Positions 59,301 through 64,000 of a stretch of DNA of 64,000 nt are shown in pieces. The DNA lies in NCBI GenBank assembly GCA_040357565.1, contig JBDODJ010000001.1; one strand, written 5' to 3'. The notes under the pieces were generated by a model. It was not told where the DNA came from. It saw only the letters and a list, made by a program, of their open reading frames with translations, and searched no databases. The position numbers and the translations under genes are program-made. This DNA is from Cercozoa sp. M6MM. Taxonomy: Eukaryota > Protista > Endomyxa: Ascetosporea. Position 1 is the stretch's first letter; each line of letters starts with the position of its first letter.

Positions 59301-59731
59301 CCATGTCATCGGAGAACTCCTGCTGCAGCGGTACCCTCTGTGTACTCCTTCTTTAATAGATTACCTAAGGGGGTGTCTGCACAGGGCCAAGAAGGAGCAC
59401 GAGCGTGGTGCCAAGGTGACGCTCACCGTCAAGGCCACTGACGACGCTTACAACACGCAGCCGCGCGACTTTAGCAGCATCTGTGTGTTACCTCACATCT
59501 TTACCCCCACCTTTACACCCTTCCCCGAGCAGTCAATGTGCGAGGAGTTCTCGGCAACGCCTGGCACTGCGTCGACGTCGTCGTCGTTGCCGAGGTGCCC
59601 ACTGCTTTTCTATGCCTTACCTGTACATGTTGTGTCCATATCAAGTACTGTGTAACACCGATATCTTGATGTTGGGATACAACACTACGCAGGAGGAGGA
59701 TGACGATGACGATGATGTTGACGTCGAGTAG
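56361..59731 (+). CDS. SUOX: Sulfite oxidase (presequence + cytochrome b5 + Moco + dimerisation domains), 19 exons
   Basis: [110 protein letters not shown]. Confidence 0.95.
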
Positions 59732-60144
59732 AGAGAGACTGAGCTCTCGTTGGCCGCTATGCACGATCGCATCCGATCGACTTGATTCGATTTAAGTTAT
59801 GGTTTTCTTTGCTCAGTTGCCGCTCACTTATATCTATAGGCTTGGCGACAGGAGTCATTGCAAACCTTATGGAAAATAAGAAGTTAGTGCCGCAGCTCTT
59901 GAATGTGAAATGTCAAGCCCAACATTTTAAACCTATTACGCTCAGGCAAAGAGCCAGCAGCAGGTTAGGCAAGTGGCACATAACTAAGTGTTCCAGAGGA
60001 TCATTTTCTATCTATCTATCGTCCACAGCCGAGCAACGAAACTTTAAACGAACGGAAAGCAAAAAGTGGCGAGTAACCGACGTCAACGAAACCCAGAGCG
60101 AAAACAAGCAAGCTCAAACCTCAGGCCCAAGGCGATCGATGCAA

Positions 60145-61136
60145 TTACTGGGCGTTCATGAGGTCCGTGTCAAAAGCGGCCGTCTGCTGGATGTTGAGCA
60201 TGAGCGTGTCGCTGTTGAGGTACAGGTTGTTGGGCGAACGGGCCAGGATGGCGGCGATCTCCTGTGCAGCCTCGAGCTGGCGCACCCTGATGTAGCCGGC
60301 GTTGGTGCGCACGGACTCACCGATCTTGCGGGCGGCGCGAGCCTCACCCTCAGCACGCGCGATCTTGGCGAGCTTCTCCTGCTTGGCCTGCTGCACCTTG
60401 TAGCGCGCACGGTCGACCTCGACCTCGGCGGCCTTCTTGCGCTCGACGGCGTGGTTGAACTCAGGCGTGAACGACAGACCGTCGACGGCAATCTCATCGA
60501 TCAGCAGGTGGAAGTTCGCTGCACGCTCACGCAGACGCGCGAGAATCTAAACACACCAAGGGTACAGGGTACAGGGTGGGTCAAGGGCAGGCAGGGTACA
60601 AGGAGTCCACGCTACCTTCTGGGTGACGAGGTCACGCTGGTTCATGATCTGGACGGCCGAGAACTGCGCGAGCACCGACTTCATCGTCTCGAGCACGATG
60701 GAGCGCATGACGCGCTCGGCGTAGTCCGTGCCGAGCTGCTGCCAGATGAGGTGCAGCTCGTTGCGGTTCGGTCGCACAATCACCGAGAGCGACATCTTGA
60801 CGCTCTGCATGTCGCGCGTACCCGTCGTCGACTGGAAGCGGATCTGACGCGCGCGCGTCTCAAAGATCTGCGGGTACTGGAACCACGGCAGCATGAAGTG
60901 GAGACCTTCATCCATGATGTTGGCGCTCACGCCACCAAATCGGTTGAAAATCACGGCGCGGTGACCGGTCTCCACTGTAAGCACAAGGTCTTGGCACACA
61001 CACACGCCAGCAAGCTCACTGTACTATAGAACACAAGGCAAGCGACGGTACCCGTGAAGAACGAGTTGTAGCCCAGCGCCACCAGACTGCCGAGCGCTGC
61101 CACGGAGCCGACCAGACCCTTGAGTCCTCTTTGCAT
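60145..61136 (-). CDS. PHB2: Prohibitin-2 (SPFH domain), 3 exons
   Basis: FTVETGHRAVIFNRFGGV..EGLHFMLPWFQYP..TGTRDMQSV..LGTDYAERV..AEGEARAA..NNLYLNSDTLMLN. Confidence 0.9.
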
Positions 61137-61482
61137 GTTCGTGTTTGTGTTACTGTGATCGAACGCGACTGTGAAACTTTTGAGAGTTTTTGTGACTGTC
61201 AGACAACGAAAAAACAATCACGTGTTTTCGCTTGCTGGTCGTCACTGTCTGCTGCTACGAGCGATTCGCTGCGTGCACTTGACACTAGCGAGCTTCCGAA
61301 TGCGGACTGTTGGGCACGCTGGACTCTGCTGGTTTTGCGACCGCAAATATTGTGGCTACGATTAAGGCTGCCGGCTTTCGAAGAAGATTCGCCTTTTACG
61401 GGACTATCAACGATCATTTAGAGCGGATGATGTGTTTGTGGCAAAATATGTGCATAGTGCTTGGTTTTAAATTAGAAAATTG

Positions 61483-64000
61483 CTAGTTTTCTTCGTGCTC
61501 GCCAACACGGTTGGAGATTTTGTGGCCGCCCTTGTGCTTTAGAGTAGAAGGGAGGTAAAGGAAAAGGAAGGAGCACAAGAAGAAACACAAGAGTATGTTG
61601 TTGGTCGCACGATACCTGGAGGATATAGATTTCGCCTTTTAGCGTGTCGATTTGTTTGGCCTGCGATCGGCACAAGTCGAGCAGAGTGTCCACTTCCTTC
61701 GTGACCTGGGAGGGATAGAGATGCATTTTTATACAAGTGGTATACTACAATTTTGTTGTACCTTGGACACCCATTGCGAAGGATCCTGCACATGCATGTT
61801 GCCATAGCCTGATTTCTCAAGGTTATCTTCCATGCGTCTCTTGGCGCGAACGAGCACTTCCAACTCGCGCATTTTCGCTGTATTGGATTGAAGTAACTCA
61901 CCTAGTCGCGCGCGCAACCGCTCTTCATTGGATCGCGCTTCTGCATGCTGCTTTTCACGGTGGCGTTGCGCTCTTTCGAGCATGTCCTGGATGGATCGGG
62001 AGTCATCTACGACACGAGCATCATCGATCTTTTCCAGTGTCAGTTCCTCGGTGCCGAATTTCAGCCGCTTTGCGGTAGTTAACTTTTCTTGCTCCGCGCG
62101 CAAGAGATCATCAGCGTGCTTTTGTTGTTGTTTCAGTGTTTTGTATGCGGAGTGCATCATCGCAGCCTCCTGTCGTGCTTCACTGGCCATTTGAGATACT
62201 TCTGTCTCACGAGCCTGCAGTTTGGCGATCTGGTCCGAAGTCAAGATAACGACATCCTTCGCCGACTTTGGCAACATGTCTAGTGGCGACTTCCCAGCTG
62301 CCGTACCAGGCTCGATCGACACGTGAATTTGTCGCTCGTTGAGCACGAAAAAGACATGAATGAGATTGAGCTCGCTCATTTTCGCATTCTGCAGCGCAGC
62401 GATTTGCTTCTCAATTTCGGTGAGCCTCCCCTGCATTTCGATAAACCGAGAACGCAACTCCTTTGCTGTAGTATTGAGCGAGACAATTTGTGCTTCGAGC
62501 TCTGCCAACTCTGCTTCTTGCTGCCAGCGCTTGTCGCGCACTGCGAGCACTCGTTCGAACACCAACGGGTCGCAGTTTGGAGGACACAAATCGTCTCCAC
62601 TGTCGTTGTCGGATAAATCCCAGGTCGAAGCAGACAGTAACGAATTTGATTCAGAGCTGGTGCTCTTTTCCAGTCGTTGCTGTGACGGTTGGCGCATGTA
62701 GATTTTCAGCAGCGCGGAGTAGTTCTTGCCATGCTCTCCGCCGACTGCGCCAAGAAACTGCTCTCGGACAGCTGTTTCGGCTTGTTCCCATTGTTGCACT
62801 TTGTCTGTCATGGCACACAGTCCATCTTGCGTGCGTCGCATGCGCTCCTTAATCAACATCTGCTTTTCTCGGAGTTTATCTTGCTCATACAGCAGCTCTT
62901 GCTCTCGCCCATCAAACTTGCTGTCGGCAAGAGTTTTCTCCTCTCGAAGCATCGTCAACGATCTCAGATGCCCTACCATCAAGTCGGCGGCCAACTTCTC
63001 CCTCTCAATCGTCAGTTCATGCAGAGAATGGTCGAACGAATCCAGTCTTTTGCGAATCGATTGCGTCAAGGTCAAGTGCTTAACCCAAAACTCTCGGAAG
63101 CGAATCTGGAAGAACTTCGTGGAGGCAGAGACTTTGACGTCATCGACGGACGACAGACGAGTCACTTGCGAAGTCGTGATTGCTCCCTGCTTTGGCTTTT
63201 CGAATCGAGTCATTTTCGGTTCGTGCGTCAGCTCAGTGGAATTTTCCGTGTGTTCTTCAACTTGTTGGTCTGTCACTGTCCATCTGGCTTCCACGTACTC
63301 GTACTCCGGAGGCACAGCAGCTACGGCCAGTCTGTCTTTCAAGTTTTGAGCTGCCCCAACCTCGAACTCGAACCTGGACAAGAAGTCATTGGGAACACTT
63401 CGTGCCAGCTTCCGAACCAACAGATTCTCAATTTCCATCAGAAGTCGGACATCAACGTTACACGACTCCACTATCTTTTCCTTCTGCGAACGTAACTCTC
63501 GCACGCGAGAGTTGAAGTCGATTTTCGCCCTTTTCATTTCATCTTCTAGCAGCGCACGTCGTCGTCGTATCGTTTCTGCCGACACTCGTGACTCCTTGGG
63601 AACGGTGTAGTCTTTGCTCGACTTAAGGTTCAGAGCGCCGGAAGAAACGATTGCCTCATCAACTCGTTTCTGCAGATCCGGGTTTTTCCACGTCGACGCC
63701 GGGGTGCCGGCTTCCCATTCCTCGAGCAACCTCGCTCGTTCGTGGCGAAACTTTGGCAGATTTTTTGTTCGCATAAGGTTATCCACTCGAGTCTTCTGCA
63801 CTTGTTCCGCGCGTTTGAAGAGCGACACTTCCGACTCGTTCGTTTTTCTTGCCGACGAGGTTGAGGTCGAAGTGCTGCTTTTATCCGCGGCTTCGTCACT
63901 GTCGTTCTCGGACCCTTCGGCTTCTTCATTAAACTCGTGCTGTTGAAGCTCAAGCTTGATGTCCTCAGTGTGACCTATAGGATTGATGTATGCTGTCTAA
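61483..64000 (-). CDS. CFAP44: Cilia- and flagella-associated protein 44 (WDR52), C-terminal coiled-coil part; 5' end outside window
   Basis: LNLKSSKDYTVP, DDLCPPNCDPLVFERVLAVRDKR, LKFG, terminal QAKQIDTLKGEIYILQ/HKGG match CFAP44 as recalled. Confidence 0.85.

Noticed and set aside
59782-61029. 415-aa plus-strand ORF
   Set aside because: Antisense shadow of prohibitin-2; similar shadows overlie RPC9, COX6B and CFAP44.

Overview
Eukaryotic nuclear DNA from a gene-dense, intron-rich protist. It uses the standard genetic code and short GT-AG introns, mostly ~50-200 bp. About 24 protein-coding genes were reconstructed by hand-splicing. Recognisable conserved genes are a DHX40-like DEAH helicase (interrupted by a 100-N gap), KDSR, PIG-U, ATP23, Pol III RPC9, eIF3d, a SIRT2-like sirtuin, COX6B, sulfite oxidase, prohibitin-2 and the 3' part of CFAP44, implying aerobic mitochondria and a flagellum. 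Between them lie lineage-specific surface and signalling genes: two laminin-EGF single-pass receptors (one with a CAP domain), a 7TM-TKL kinase fusion, a single-pass non-RD receptor-like kinase, mucin-like proteins, a RING protein and a permuted papain-like enzyme. The most unusual signals are: (1) an atypical 5' splice-site code (+3A or +5G nearly mutually exclusive, +4C favoured, +4A rare); (2) introns filled with a TTACCCC/GGGGTAA G-quadruplex- or telomere-like motif in both orientations; (3) an ATP23 lacking its whole HExxH motif; (4) acidic-tail mini-exons on two mitochondrial intermembrane-space proteins. No rRNA, tRNA, CRISPR or transposase was recognised. Gene boundaries are manual inferences without RNA data, and the taxon cannot be determined from this window.
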